A stretch of DNA of 64,000 nucleotides, from assembly GCA_951406725.2 (NCBI GenBank), contig OX597816.1:19220001-19284000 (forward strand), in the 5' to 3' direction. Of the stretch, positions 50,111-63,810 are shown in pieces. The notes under the pieces are model-generated. The model worked only from the letters and a program-made list of their open reading frames with translations. It was not told the origin of the DNA and searched no databases. Positions within the stretch are counted from its first letter, which is position 1; each line of letters starts with the position of its first letter. A program made the translations under genes and the position numbers. Origin of the DNA: Octopus vulgaris (lineage: Eukaryota).

Positions 50111-53020
50111 GAACATACACGAATGCAGCACACCCGCACAAACACACACTCGTACCTATACATATATATATATACACGCAATCTCATATACAAAAATTAT
50201 ATATGTATTTTATATGAGGTTGTGTATGGGCGTGCTTCTGTTTTTGTGTGTATGTTAAATGTATGAATGTATCCAAGTCTGGCTCTAGGTAATAAAACAC
50301 ATCAAGTTGTTTCGATGATCGTATATATTTAATGTTTATACTCACATTCAATACCATTGTTGGATCTTTGAACTATTACCTAATATCTGATCCTTTACCA
50401 TTATACGTAGAATATCAAACCAGAACGTAATGTCCCTCGTAAAAAAGAATAGTTAATCTTAGTACAATCTTAGCTCAAATGACCGTTTAATGCAGTATTC
50501 AGAGGGATGATACTTCACCAATAAAAATGCTGATACATGCGTTGGCTTTTGATGTCCTCAGTTCTCATTTCTTTGGAGTCATTAAATAAAGCGTTCGATA
50601 ATATTCGAGCCAGTTTGACTATTGGCCAATACTGCTTTCCATCCTTATTTGAAGCTATATAAACTTCTATCGAAAGTATTTATTTGCTTTCAGTCTTATA
50701 TTGGAAGCTTATGATGAGCTGATTCATAAAACGAATCGTTTTGCTTTGACGAATGAATGAGTCAAGTTTCAGATGAAGGCAATAGTAGGAATTTAAATTT
50801 ATTTTCTTTCACCTCAGAGAGCAGAAAATTCACTGTTGGAATATATTCAAAAATTAAAGTTGTTCTACTTCGCGTTGACGTTGCTGTTGTTATTTATATA
50901 ATTATTACTGCTTTTAATGTTACACTTTTTGTTGCCAAAGAAAATATTGATTTCGTATTTTGGCTCAAGGCCAGAAAATATAGGAGTGAGCTGCAGTCGA
51001 TAGATGAAACCTAAGAACATGACTGGTCTGCATTTTAACGAGTGAGAGTGAGAAATACTATGGATTTAGTGCCACTGGAACGTAACTGTGTCATTTCAAT
51101 ACCGAAAATGAAATGCTAGTTCATCGGAAAATAATAATGCGATAACATTTCCATTACATATCGTTACATCATTATTATTTACTGATTTTATGACTTTCCA
51201 TTTAGTGGTAATTTTAACGAAATATCGTTGATATCTCAATATATATTGGGCGAAATGTAATTTTTCCTTGACATTTTCACTTCGTAATAATCTGCATTGG
51301 CTATGCGTACAATGAGGATTCGTGGCCAATAATGTTGAACATCTGATGGGAAATATATAGTTATGTAAGCACAAACGAGCTATATTAATGGAGACAATGT
51401 ATTCATTAACTTATAAATCCAATCAGAAAATATCATTATATAAAACTATAACCAGTGATATCACTTCATAAAAGCTAATATTTACCCGGTAAGAAATGTG
51501 ATATTATCAATATAATATGTTCTTTTCCCGCCGGTTCCTATAAGAAAAAAACACTTTTCTGTATGAGAAAATACTAGTAAGGGACTGAAATGGATGATGG
51601 CAGTAGAGGAATCTTACCATGTTCATTGTACGAAAATTACAAAAACTATAATAGGAATCTCATAAATTACTTTATTCAAAGTATCATGCATACTCGTAGA
51701 TATCTCTCTCTCTCTATCCAGACGTCTAGGGCTGAGATGAACTATTCATTGTTAAACGCCTGAATTACTCCCACTTCAAATAACAGAAATCCTATTCAAA
51801 TTCGTGTTTTATTCTCTATTGGGCTATTCAGTAACATAACGTTAACCGCTGATTCTTGAACAATTTAAAGATTAAAAAAATATACTTACGCGTTTGAGTA
51901 CTAAATGCATAATGTACAATGCATATTACAGCTCATTAAAATCTTCTGTTGAACGTAGATCGCTTATTAATTAATTGAAGGTCTCAGTGCAGCATGTAAA
52001 TATTTCAGTGTAATTCGGATATTTTATGCGGTATAAATTAATAGGCTTAGTTGTTTAATACACCATCGCAACATGAGCTAACTTCTAGCAGTGATAGAAG
52101 CAAATAAACTCAACGGTTGATCAGCTGACACAAACAGTATGTTTGAATTCTAGCGCTTATCACATTTGAAGTTGAGCTGTTATAAACATAACGCTATATA
52201 AACACTGAATTACACTATACTTGGGTGACAGCATGTATGTATATACGAGTTAAAATGATTCTGTCAGTCCGCAGATATGACTTATATCTACACAAGATAG
52301 CCCACTGTTTGGCTTTCTTATATAAGTTTAAAAATCCGCGAGACGTATTTTCCAAATGATATTGAATCAATCGTCAGTGAAAACATCGTACATTGTAACA
52401 GTAAGTTTCATACCAACCAATGACATTATTGGAAACACGGTTTTTTTTTGTGCTATAGATCATGACAGTTGTAAATATGCCTTTCATAACACCATTGATG
52501 TCAGGGTGTAAAAATCGCATAGGAAACGTGACTGTGCAATAACGAAAAAGTAATGACTTATACACAAACATACGCTTTCTATATATACAGCTGGAAATTA
52601 ACAAGCTGATTGATTAGACGGAAGATAGAAATGATGCTTTCATTAATATGACGCAACAAAATATATTTGCGAAAGTTTAAAGTAAACCAAACAATTAAAT
52701 AAATATTATATAATAAAAATAATGATAAGAAAGAATTTTTATTTTACAAAAAACAAGAGATATTTGAATCAATGATGTGTCAACTAATATTACAAAAATA
52801 TATGGTGTGAAATATTAGAAAAGTAATTCATATGAATTAGCGATAGGAATTAAAACGTGCCAACGTCTTAAAAATTAATATCTGTGTTAATGAACAATGA
52901 TAAATATATGTTCTGAAAATAGGCAAAACAGGAAATAATGTAATGCATTTAGATTTTGTTATATATACATAAAAACAATAATGCATGCATATGTGTGTTT
53001 CTCAGTGACTATACAAACTA

Positions 53021-53067
<47 letters not shown>

Positions 53068-53208
53068 AAGAGAGAGAGAGAGAGAGAGAGAGTTGTGCAT
53101 ATGCGTATACATATATAAATGCGCATATGTATATGCGTATATATATATATATACACATATATAGATATATATATGTATACATACATATACTTATAATCAT
53201 ATATTTAT

Positions 53209-53477
<269 letters not shown>

Positions 53478-53710
53478 AGTGGGGAATAAGAGGAGATAAA
53501 AGAAAGAGAGGGATATATAGATACATAGACGACTTAAAGCTAACTACATTTGCACTACGTTAGAATGCTTCAAACTCTACATATTGCATTTATTGCAGTC
53601 TCTGTTCTTAGATTCTTTAACAAGATCGTGTCTAACGCTTTTGTACACTTTGCATTGAACATTAAGAGTAGCCGTACATCTTATTTATCCCTCCTGAGCA
53701 TCAATCATTC

Positions 53711-53803
<93 letters not shown>

Positions 53804-54070
53804 TGCGTGCGTGTGTGTGTGTGTATATATAAAGCTGCAAAAAAAATCACGTAACGCTGCTAGTCAGAGTTTCATTTTCCCGCTTGTTGGCACTTGTGTT
53901 TGAGATCCTTAATTACATACGGGTACGTGAAACTCTTAGTAGCAGATCTTCGTGAGGCTTTTGCAACTTTAATGATACGAAGAAAAAAGCATATTACTCT
54001 ACATACGATATTCGAGTACTATTATTCTCCACCTTGTTTCACACCAATGTGCTTCCTCTTATCTGTGTAT

Positions 54071-54078
54071 ATCTATCA

Positions 54079-54171
<93 letters not shown>
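54071..54171. repeat. (ATCT)n (GATA-type) microsatellite
   Basis: Direct reading. Confidence 0.97.
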
Positions 54172-54172
<1 letters not shown>

Positions 54173-54974
54173 ACTCGGTGTATTATCCTGGCTACCGAAT
54201 AATTGTCACATATTACATTTACAGATATATATATATGTACATATGAACAGCTCTCGGTACATGTGTGAAAATGTGATTTCATTTTGTTCATAGCATTTTT
54301 TGATAAATACACAGCTGTCCGACTATAGTATTTTTAATCAAGATTATCTGATTTTAACATGAGTTTCTTTATGTTGGGTTAAATAAAATATATAAAAGAA
54401 ATCATGTTCATTTATGTACATTTATTGTTTCTCATTGAACGAATGATTGCGACTAGTCTACATGGAATACATTTCTATATACATGTGTGTGTATGTTTAT
54501 GTGTTTTTTTTTGTGTGTCCGTGTGTGCTTGAGTGTGTACATGTGCGTTTACTTGTGTGTACACTTAGTGTCACATACATTTCAATATATATTAAAAAAT
54601 GCATAGAACTACATAAACTTTAGAGATGTATAAAACATAATATTTAGAAATTTCTACTTGTTTTAGTAACACTTGACGGACAAATACTTCCCATTTTGTG
54701 ATATGATTCATGTGATTTTAAATGGTTTAAACAATATTCCCGTATTACATATATCATATCGATTTATAGTATAATATATACTGTTTTGGCTATGTTTCTA
54801 AATTATAAGTGGCGAAAGATCTGAAGATCTGTCATCAGATTTTGTGTGATCTAATAAAATGTTGTTTTCTTTTGTAATATATATTGAATTCTATCTTATA
54901 AACAGCAGATAAAAGTGCTAATGTAATGTATATCAATAATTACAACTTATATACTCTATGAATGTGGGTGCGTG

Positions 54975-55011
<37 letters not shown>

Positions 55012-55539
55012 CGAGAGAGAGAGAGAGAGAACTAGAGGGAGAAATTGTGTGATGAATATCTCACAATTTAATATTTTCGTAAGTATTTAGTGAGGGAACA
55101 GTTTTGAAGCACAAATTTAGTTTAATTTACTCTGGTAATCATTTTGTTCTTGTGGAAGTTACGATAAACATAAACAGTTTTTTTCTTTATTTGTGTATGT
55201 GAAAATGTGTGTACATTTCTATATATCTACATATATAATTCTGTGTGTGAGTGTATGTTTGTGGGGGGAATTGTAGGAGTGTGTGTGTGTGTTTGTGTGT
55301 GTGGGTGGGTGTGGGTGTGAGTGTGTGTGCCCGTGCATATTTTTTTCACTTGATTTTATTAGTATAAATTTGGTCATATACCTTCTGGTTTGAAATTAGA
55401 ACACAAAATATCAAAGATATTCGCGAAGTCAGTTCTCTGATGATTCAGTCAGATCGCTTTACAATTAGAAATAATCATAAGCGTATATATAACATTATTT
55501 ACAAACACAAGTGCGTACATGCAAATGCAGTATACTAAG

Positions 55540-55810
55540 TGATGATGAAGGCCCACCATGAGCAAAAGAGGACCATTGATTTCAGTCATCGACGACTGTG
55601 GCATGATCACTGTAAGCAGATGGAAAGGTTAGCAGTGAATTGCTCTCACTTCAGTTTCCTTGAGAAGACCCTCTCTGATAGTGAGCTAGATACTGTGGAA
55701 TGTCTTGAAGTGTTGAAGTTAGTATATCCACTTGTCGAAACGCTGATTAAAGTCTCCATTGGCAAGACACCTGGAGTGGATGATATTTTAATGTAAACTG
55801 TTCAAACACA
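55540..55810 (+). pseudogene. Decayed LINE (RTE-like) RT N-terminal remnant
   Basis: GKTPGVDDILM* resembles the conserved (G)KAPGxDGI motif that precedes LINE RT. Confidence 0.5.
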
Positions 55811-56038
55811 AAGCATCTCTTAAAATTTCTGATCATTGTCAAAGATTCTATCTCTTAAAATTCTCTCATCATTGCCACAGACTCTATCACTGTGTCTTAA
55901 TACATCGTTGTTAAGTGATTTTTAACACCACAACGGCTACATAAAATCCTTTCATATTATGTTTGAAAATTGTTTTCTAAAATTGTGAAATATGTCAAGT
56001 CAATAAACATCTTTATAAGATCCCCGGATGTTCCAATC

Positions 56039-56085
<47 letters not shown>

Positions 56086-56601
56086 AGAGGATTTCTACGT
56101 ATATATGTATATGTTTGTATATAAGTATTTATATGTATATATGCATGTGTGTGTGTATGTGTGTGTGTATTTTGTATGCCGCCTCTGTAGTGAAGCCGAT
56201 ATTCGTCACTTAGTCATGAAACACCTGCTCTCTTTTGAATGCAATTCACTAAATATATGCACAGGCAACTAAAGCTTTTTCTCTTCCAATACGAGATTCA
56301 CCATTAGGTTAGGATGTTCCTTTCGTTTCTTCATGAATGGTTACCAAGAAATTTTGGAAAATATATGCTATCTCTGATATGTTTTTTACTTAATTTCGCA
56401 ATGAATAAATATGTCGCTTATCAAGCTAGATATAAGAGCTTATTAGCAAAATGATTTTTATTGTATCATTCATTTTGTTGCTGGCGAAAATTTTCGGTCA
56501 ACGTAGATGACAATTATTTTATGAAATGAATATGAAGGAAAATTACATGTGGATGTAAAGTGATAATTTCCACCGCTAATATGAAGCGCAAAAGAATGAA
56601 T

Positions 56602-56808
56602 GATTATTTCTACTCTTGGCACATAGGCCCACAATTTTGGGGGAGAGGTTCAGTCGATTACATCGACCCCAGGACGCATCTGGTAATTAGCTTATCGACG
56701 TCGAAATGATGATAGGCAAATTCGATCTCGGCGGAATTTTAACTCAGAATGTAAAGACAGACGATATACTGCTAATCATTTCGTCCTGTTTCTGTCAATT
56801 CACCGTCT
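56602..56808 (-). mobile_element. SINE family B short-tail variant
   Basis: gtcgattacatcgacccc...ctcggcggaattttaactcagaatgtaaagacagacg. TSD-like aaaagaatgaat / aaaagagtgaat. Confidence 0.82.
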
Positions 56809-57129
56809 TAAAGAGTGAATTGTATTCAAAATACTTTACACAACGGAGGTTCACTAAAGCCAATACATTATGCGTTTGATATGGCTAATGTGCGAACTGG
56901 TTCTATTTAGCTTAGGTAATTAACATCCATTATTTTGCCATATACACGCTAATATTGTAAAAACATTTCACTGTTTCGTCAAATGATATGAAAAATCTTC
57001 AGCAAACAGTCTGACAATTATAATCTTAACGACCATTTAAATAGCATCAATTAAATTATAGTAAATTGCAAAACACATTTCTGTTATAGCTACTTATCGT
57101 TGCAATGGATATCAACAAAGCATAAGTAA

Positions 57130-57190
<61 letters not shown>

Positions 57191-57382
57191 TTGTAGCGTT
57201 TCAAAAGTACTTTGAAATTTAATAAATATAACTGTTATGACGAAATTGTAGTTGAAGACTTAATATACAATAATATAAATTTCAATTGGTAAACAGTTTA
57301 AGCCAATCAGTAACCATTAAAGTGCAATTTATTACTATAAGTTGCTTTGAGTACACTATGCCTAATATGCGTAAGAGATAGT

Positions 57383-57383
<1 letters not shown>

Positions 57384-57463
<80 letters not shown>
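57384..57463. repeat. (AAT)n microsatellite
   Basis: Direct reading. Confidence 0.95.
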
Positions 57464-57464
<1 letters not shown>

Positions 57465-58034
57465 CCCTGATGCAGTAAATGCCCTGATGCAGTACCAGGC
57501 AGTGGCTCTCATGGCTTCTGATCTTAACTGATTGGAAGTGTTATCATGTACATTGTTTTGTCTCGGTATAAAAGATGGGCTACAGCAAATATTCTGCTCA
57601 ATACCACAGATTTGCTTGTCAGTTGTTTGACCGTAACCAGTTGATCATGTCCCTTAGTGGCTGACGATATGTGCATCTCTGATCACGAGCAGAAGTAGTG
57701 GGGAAGCATCATAGCCATGTGTTGAGAGGGATTCTTTGGGCTTTGAATAGTTCACCTCTGGAAACATGGGTGGTTCTTTCAACATCCTTAAACAACCCTT
57801 ATTCAGGGACCGTTTGAGCGGGATGGGCTACTCAACCTGAAGAAAATTCTAACTGGGCCCCACCTGCAAGGTCATGTGCTGTTTATCTTGATATGAGATC
57901 ACCATGTCGCGCACATATGGTTGTGATGCATGTGCCTGGTGTACCTTTATCAGACGGGTAGTCATGATGGGTATATTGGGCTTCGTATATTTTACCCCAG
58001 TGTCACTTTGATGGCATGAACTGCTCTCTCACTC
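57464..58034 (+). mobile_element. Unclassified 570-bp non-coding element inserted in (AAT)n; orientation inferred
   Basis: GC-richer than its flanks, bounded by (AAT)n on both sides, 16-bp duplication at the left end (atgccctgatgcagta x2), and a second partial copy at 148-288. Confidence 0.8.
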
Positions 58035-58099
<65 letters not shown>

Positions 58100-59408
58100 T
58101 AGTATATAATATAATGGAGAAAGCTGCTTATTAATTAGATATGTAACAATTACAAAATGTACTAACAGAAAGCAATTATTAAATGTTTGACTGTCTGGAA
58201 CTATTTTTTTATAAATTCATGTTCAAAAGATTTCCTATAGTTTTGGTATCTCAAGTTTGGTGAATTTTTGAACTCCAATTTCTCGCAAACTTAAATATTG
58301 CATTCACTACAGAGTAATCGTTTTAATTTGCAAAGTCTCTCAATTTCTGTTTTAATCCGCTATGAATGTATACGCATATTATCACACATGTTATATATTA
58401 TTATCATAATGTTATTTATTGAATTAAATTTTTTAGATACCCTTATAATTTTTGAAAGCGGTGTAGCTGTAAGAAGAAGCTAGAAAGTTCGGTGATTACT
58501 TTTAGAAGACGAAGTGAAAACAAAAAAATGTTACCGACAAATACTCGAAAATTGCACCTTATTCACAGTTTCCAACCACTACTTCAACAGTGACACACAC
58601 GCGAGCGCGTGTACACACGCGCATAAACACACACCAATATACAATATAGATGCACACGCAAAAATGAAATGCAATGAATGCGTGTGTTTGTGCATGTGCG
58701 TGTGTGTATGTGTTGTTGTATGTGCGCGTCTGCTCTTTGCTGACAAAATCACTTTTGTGTAGTCTTGTGAACGAACGGTTCGCGCTTGCAAAGCAACGAA
58801 AATAATTTGACAGAAATGAAGTTTTAATGTTAAGGTGAAACTACCGGTATTTTTATGTTCTTGAATGGTTTACAAACATCTACCATGCTGCAATGGTATT
58901 TTTTTTCAGTACTCGATCGCAGATTATGTCACTTGCTATGCACATATATCTCCGAAACGTTTTAAAATTCACTGTGTTTGACTGCCAGCAAGGAAATTCT
59001 CAGGCTCTCCAATATTCTAATTTCTAAACAGAAACAAATGGGGACAAGGGGTGGGGTTGCAAATAATTTAGAATTTCTCAAATATTCTTTTTTATACCAT
59101 ATAAATGTATTTATGGGTGAAAATATTGAAAAAACTTTAATACATGAGAGAGTGATAAAGAAACAATGAAGGTTGTTTTTGGATGTGCTAGAAATAACAT
59201 CCTAATCACCTTTAAATAACTTTTCCCTCTGAAAATATAAAAATTATTTTTTAGCAAAATACTCTTCTTACTATTTTGATGAAGTGGTGTAATTAAATAG
59301 TTTTCAAAATATTTTTCATACAAAGATCTCCCTCCCAGCCGCATCATTTCGAAGGCTGTGGTTTAAAAACAGTGGGGAAAAATTCCCCAAAAAATTTCTC
59401 AACAATTC

Positions 59409-59817
59409 GGAGTGGCTGTGTGGTAAGTAGCTTGCTAAACAACCACATGGTTCCGGGTTCAGTCCCACTGCCTGGCATCTTGAGCAAGTGTTTTCAGCTA
59501 TAGCCCCGGGCCGACCAATGCCTTGTGAGTGGATTTGGTAGGCGGAAACTGAAAGAAGCCTGTCGTATATATGTATATATATAAGTGTGTGTGTATATGT
59601 TTGTGTGTCTGTGTTTGTACCCCTAGCAGTGCTTGACAACCGATGCTGGTGTGTTTACATCCCCGTCACTTAGCGGTTCGGTAAAATAGACCGATAGAAT
59701 AAGTACTGGGCTTACAAAGAATACGACTCGGGGTCGATTTGCTCGACTAAAGGCGGTGCTCCAGCATGGCCGCAGTCAAATGACTGAAACAAGTAGAAGA
59801 GTAAAAGAGTAAAGAGT
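59409..59817 (+). mobile_element. SINE family A, near full length
   Basis: ggagtggctgtgtggtaag...ggcggtgctccagcatggccgcagtcaaatgactgaaac. Confidence 0.94.
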
Positions 59818-59884
59818 AATTATTTTTTATAATCGTAGTCTATGCCGTTTGAAATGGATTTGTATGAATTTTTCATTAAAAGAT

Positions 59885-60022
59885 ACTCACTCATCTTCCT
59901 AAGGGATGTCGAAAATCACAGTGGGCCTCGGTGGATTTGAAATTCACAACGTGGAGACAGACAGAGGAGATGCTACTGATCATTTTCTCAGGCACGAAAA
60001 CGATTCCGCTATCTCAACGTCT
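59885..60022 (-). mobile_element. Decayed SINE family B
   Basis: cctcggtggatttgaaattcacaacgtggagacagac...ggcacgaaaacgattccgc resembles the reverse head. Confidence 0.5.
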
Positions 60023-60032
60023 TAATAATTAC

Positions 60033-60392
60033 AACAAGGGCTCTGACTGAGCGCAAACTGCCGCCAAGGCAACACCAACCATGAGCCAGAGATTAATTTT
60101 AAAATGAGTATATCTGAAATAAACTCGATTGCTCTCGCAACCGAGTATATTTAAAATGAATCCAACCGCTCTCAAAAATTAAGTAAAAAAAAAAACAGGA
60201 AAAAATAATGCAAAAAATCCGTGTGCGGTTCCAGATCGATTCCGAAATCTAATCAGCTCGTGCTAGTCACGAATCCAAACATCCCTGAACGTTTCATCCA
60301 AATCCATCCAGCGGTTTTTCATTTATGTTGTCCACGGCAAACACACACGAATGGAAACAACACCACCGCCTTTCACTAAGGCAGAGGTAATA
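60033..60392 (+). mobile_element. Helentron-associated (HINE/DINE-like) non-autonomous element
   Basis: Starts aacaagggc and ends with hairpin ccgcctttcactaaggcagaggtaataa. The 3' part is shared with 32745-32897. Confidence 0.7.
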
Positions 60393-60399
60393 ATAATGA

Positions 60400-60476
60400 T
60401 AGCAGCACCAGCCGCAGCAGCAGCAGCAGCAGTAGCAGCATTAGTGGTAGTAGTAGTAGTAGTAGTAGTAGTAGTC
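60400..60476. repeat. (CAG)n/(TAG)n compound trinucleotide repeat
   Basis: Direct reading. Confidence 0.9.
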
Positions 60477-61222
60477 TGAGTTCATAATTTTAATAAATAT
60501 ATAAAAATAATCAAGCAAATTAAATATCCAATAGAGAAACGAAACAATATAAATCACGCGTGTAACATCGCCTACATTTTTGCCTAAAGCTCTACGCTCG
60601 GAACATAAGTTAACGACACTTTGATCGTAGAGTACACGTCACCTAAATCTTACGCGCAAAATTAGTAGAAATCGTATTGTAACTACCACTCCATTATCTC
60701 ACTCTCTGTCTCTCTCTCTTTCTTTCTCCCCATGTCTCTCCTTCTTCCATTCTTTTTTGAATTTGTTAACTTCATGCCACAAGAGAACAGCTATTTCTCA
60801 TAGAAGAGTAATGTTTCAATTATGCAAATTACCTTAGGTTATTACTATAATCTGTTATCTTTCTAGATGTTGAATGCGTGCTGGATTCGCGGAATGAAAG
60901 ATTTATGATCCAAAATCACACCCAGGATGACGAGTTATATTTTCGAGCCTCCAATTCACACTAAATTCTTTTTGCACCCATGAAGTTTCCCAGATCAATA
61001 TATATCTATAGACGAACCTTTCAGAATACATTCCCGTCTCTTATTGTACAATTTTAAATTTTGTTATTAGTTAATTCAAAACTTCTCGAAGCGACGTTAA
61101 TTTAATAAGTCACGAAGTTATAATATATATATTATATTATTTTTGCTGTCGAAATTCACGCCCCCAAAATATATAAATTATGCACATATGTGTGTGACTG
61201 TTGCTTGTACGCTACGCATATA

Positions 61223-61359
<137 letters not shown>

Positions 61360-61445
61360 GTAGGTCCCGGGTTGATTCGGGGTTAACCACAGTAAGTAAG
61401 GTACTCAATACATAGCAGAGTAAAATTAATTTATTATATAGAAGG

Positions 61446-61496
61446 AGCTTCTACAGGACTAGTACTGTTTCATTCAAGAGAAATCTTCAGGAAGCT
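61446..61496 (-). ncRNA. Type I hammerhead ribozyme (minus-strand copy)
   Basis: Exact mirror of 61493-61543. Confidence 0.8.
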
Positions 61497-61543
61497 TCCT
61501 GAAGATTTCTCTTGAATGAAACAGTACTAGTCCTGTAGAAGCT
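61493..61543 (+). ncRNA. Type I hammerhead ribozyme (plus-strand copy)
   Basis: AGCTTC-CTGAAGA-tTTC(tctt)GAAt-GAAA-CAG(tactagtc)CTG-TA-GAAGCT: 6-bp stem I, core boxes, 4-bp stem III, GUA triplet; stem II is short with a U-U closing pair. Confidence 0.8.
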
Positions 61544-61554
61544 CCTTCTATATA

Positions 61555-61560
<6 letters not shown>

Positions 61561-61628
<68 letters not shown>

Positions 61629-61633
61629 GTGTA

Positions 61634-61678
<45 letters not shown>

Positions 61679-61729
61679 ATATATATATTATATATATATG
61701 TATATATATATATATACATATATATATAA

Positions 61730-61799
<70 letters not shown>

Positions 61800-61817
61800 A
61801 TACATATATATATATAC

Positions 61818-61878
<61 letters not shown>

Positions 61879-61912
61879 TATATCTATATGTATATATATA
61901 TATGTATATATG
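61561..61912. repeat. Interrupted (TA)n microsatellite
   Basis: Direct reading. Confidence 0.95.
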
Positions 61913-62293
61913 TAAGTATGTATCTATGTATGTATTAGTGTGCATGCATGTGTGCGTGAACGTGACAGTATTTGTATTCATCATACTGCTCAGATTTGCA
62001 TTATGAAAGACATATTGAAAAGAAAATATAAGGCTTCCTATCTTTTACATTCATGTTTCTCACTAAGCTTCGGGTATATGTTTATAATCATCCATGGCGT
62101 TTTATCTCTTTGAATCTTCACAATAATTTTGCTTTAAAAAACATGATCGTCTTTCAATAATCGCTTTGCATATAAACGTAAATAAAATGGTTACTTATAC
62201 ATAAATGTTAAACGCATCATCACAACGAAAAACACTTGGTGACGAATAATATTTCGGTGATATAAATTATTTTCTAATATTTCGGTTCCGCAA

Positions 62294-62362
62294 GGCGGTG
62301 AGCTAGCAGATACGTTAGCGTGCCAGGTGAAGTGTTTCCCCGTATTTCGTCTGTCTTTACGC
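62294..62362 (+). mobile_element. 5' head fragment of SINE family B
   Basis: ggcggtgagctagcagatacgttagcgtgccaggtgaagtg...gtatttcgtctgtctttacg. Confidence 0.8.
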
Positions 62363-62875
62363 CCTTTCAGTGAGGTCCAACACGGCAATGTAAATATCTC
62401 TGCACACAATTGTCCAACATCCTAGCTTAATCAGACACCTGGATATGTTTTCAAACAGACTCTATCCCATGTACTACGTACCAAAGGACATTGCGAAGAA
62501 TGTTCTGCTACATTTTGTTTCACTCGGATTTCAAATACAATTATCGAAACATACAAACACTGTGTGAACACGATTCGTCCTTGAATAGAAAATTTACCTT
62601 TAGAAACTTTGCATCTAACATAACTGGGTTAAATGTAGATTGGACAATTGTTTAAAATCCAACTGCATTTACGCGAGATGGAGTGAAGAAAATGTCATAT
62701 ATCACTACTTTCAAATGAGGGAAGTGGATTAAATTTCCTTTTACATCAATATGCATGTGCCACTGGAAGTTCTTGTTATTGAAACCTGCAAACGTTATGT
62801 GTTCCTGACTGTTGTTCTATAACTATAACAATGCAGTCAACACAAGGGCTGAAATGTCAGGCAACATATGAATGA

Positions 62876-63257
62876 TACCACGACACTCTATCTGTGACAC
62901 GACGAGGGTTCCAGTTCATTCAATCAACGGAACAGCCAGCTCGTGAAATTAACGTGCAAGTGACTGACCCCTCTATAAACACGTGTACCCTTAACATAGT
63001 TCTCGGAAAGATTCAGAGTAACACAGAGTGTGACAAGACTGGCCATTTGTAACACAGGTACAACAGGATCAGAAAGAAAGAGTGAGAGAAAGTTGTGGTG
63101 AAAGCATACAGCAGGGTTCGCCACCACCCACTGACGGGGCCCCGTGGAGTTTCAAGTGTTTTCGCTCAATAAACACTCAACGCCCGGTCTGGGAATCGAA
63201 ACTACGATCCAATTATCGCGAGTCCGCTGCCATAACCATTGAGCCATTGCGCCTCCA
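62876..63257 (-). mobile_element. tRNA-derived SINE family D (~380 bp)
   Basis: Minus-strand A-box tggctcaatggtt, B-box gtttcgattccc, a long body, and tail actggaaccctcgtcg...gagtgtc. Confidence 0.85.
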
Positions 63258-63566
63258 AAGATGAATATTCATTATTTTCCATGTAATTGGTTCAATAAAA
63301 GACAAGAATTGAAAAAGAGAGGATGGACACGCTGTAAGACCAGTAATTAACTATATATTTTATGGTGTATAAAAGCAGAGAACTGAAACAAATTTTAACA
63401 ATAAATCTGCGTCAAGGAACATTAACCTGCACGTGTACTTCCTTGATACTTGACGTTTACCGACACACAGAGAACCGTTCCCAATAACAGGCAGAGAGAA
63501 CGATGATAATTGATAGAATATAGAAGGTAGAAATCTTATCTGCTATATTTATTGGTATTAAAGAAT

Positions 63567-63804
63567 ATTTTTTTTTTTTTTTTTTTTGTACTTGTTTCAG
63601 TCATTTGACTGCGGCCATGCTGGAGCACCGCCTTTAGAGTGGTGAAAGTGTACAGCAGTGATCACCACCATCCCCTGCCGGAGCCTCGTGGAGCTTTTAG
63701 GTGTTTTCGCTCAATAAACACACACAACACCCGGTCTGGGAATCGAAACCGCGATCCTCCGACTGCAAGTCCGCTGCCCTAACCACTGGGCCATTGCGCC
63801 TCCA
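63567..63804 (-). mobile_element. Chimeric SINE: family D head/body with family A (CR1-type) tail and poly(A)
   Basis: 63804-63638 matches 63257-63095. 63637-63589 is the family A tail ctaaaggcggtgctccagcatggccgcagtcaaatgactgaaacaagt, followed by A21. Confidence 0.85.
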
Positions 63805-63810
63805 CAGGCG

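Larger units (their letters stand above)
61362..61560 (-). mobile_element. PLE-tail/retrozyme-like module with an inverted duplication, inserted in (TA)n
   Basis: Unique 200-bp segment between (TA)n tracts. 61429-61560 is a perfect 132-bp palindrome centred on AAG|CTT (61494/61495). Confidence 0.8.

Noticed and set aside
50765-50800. Decayed hammerhead (cagatgaaggc...ggaattt)
   Set aside because: Both core boxes are altered and there are no convincing stems.
63730-63804. tRNA gene (also the heads at 6750, 21863 and 63257)
   Set aside because: A and B boxes are present, but there is no complete cloverleaf and each continues into a SINE body.
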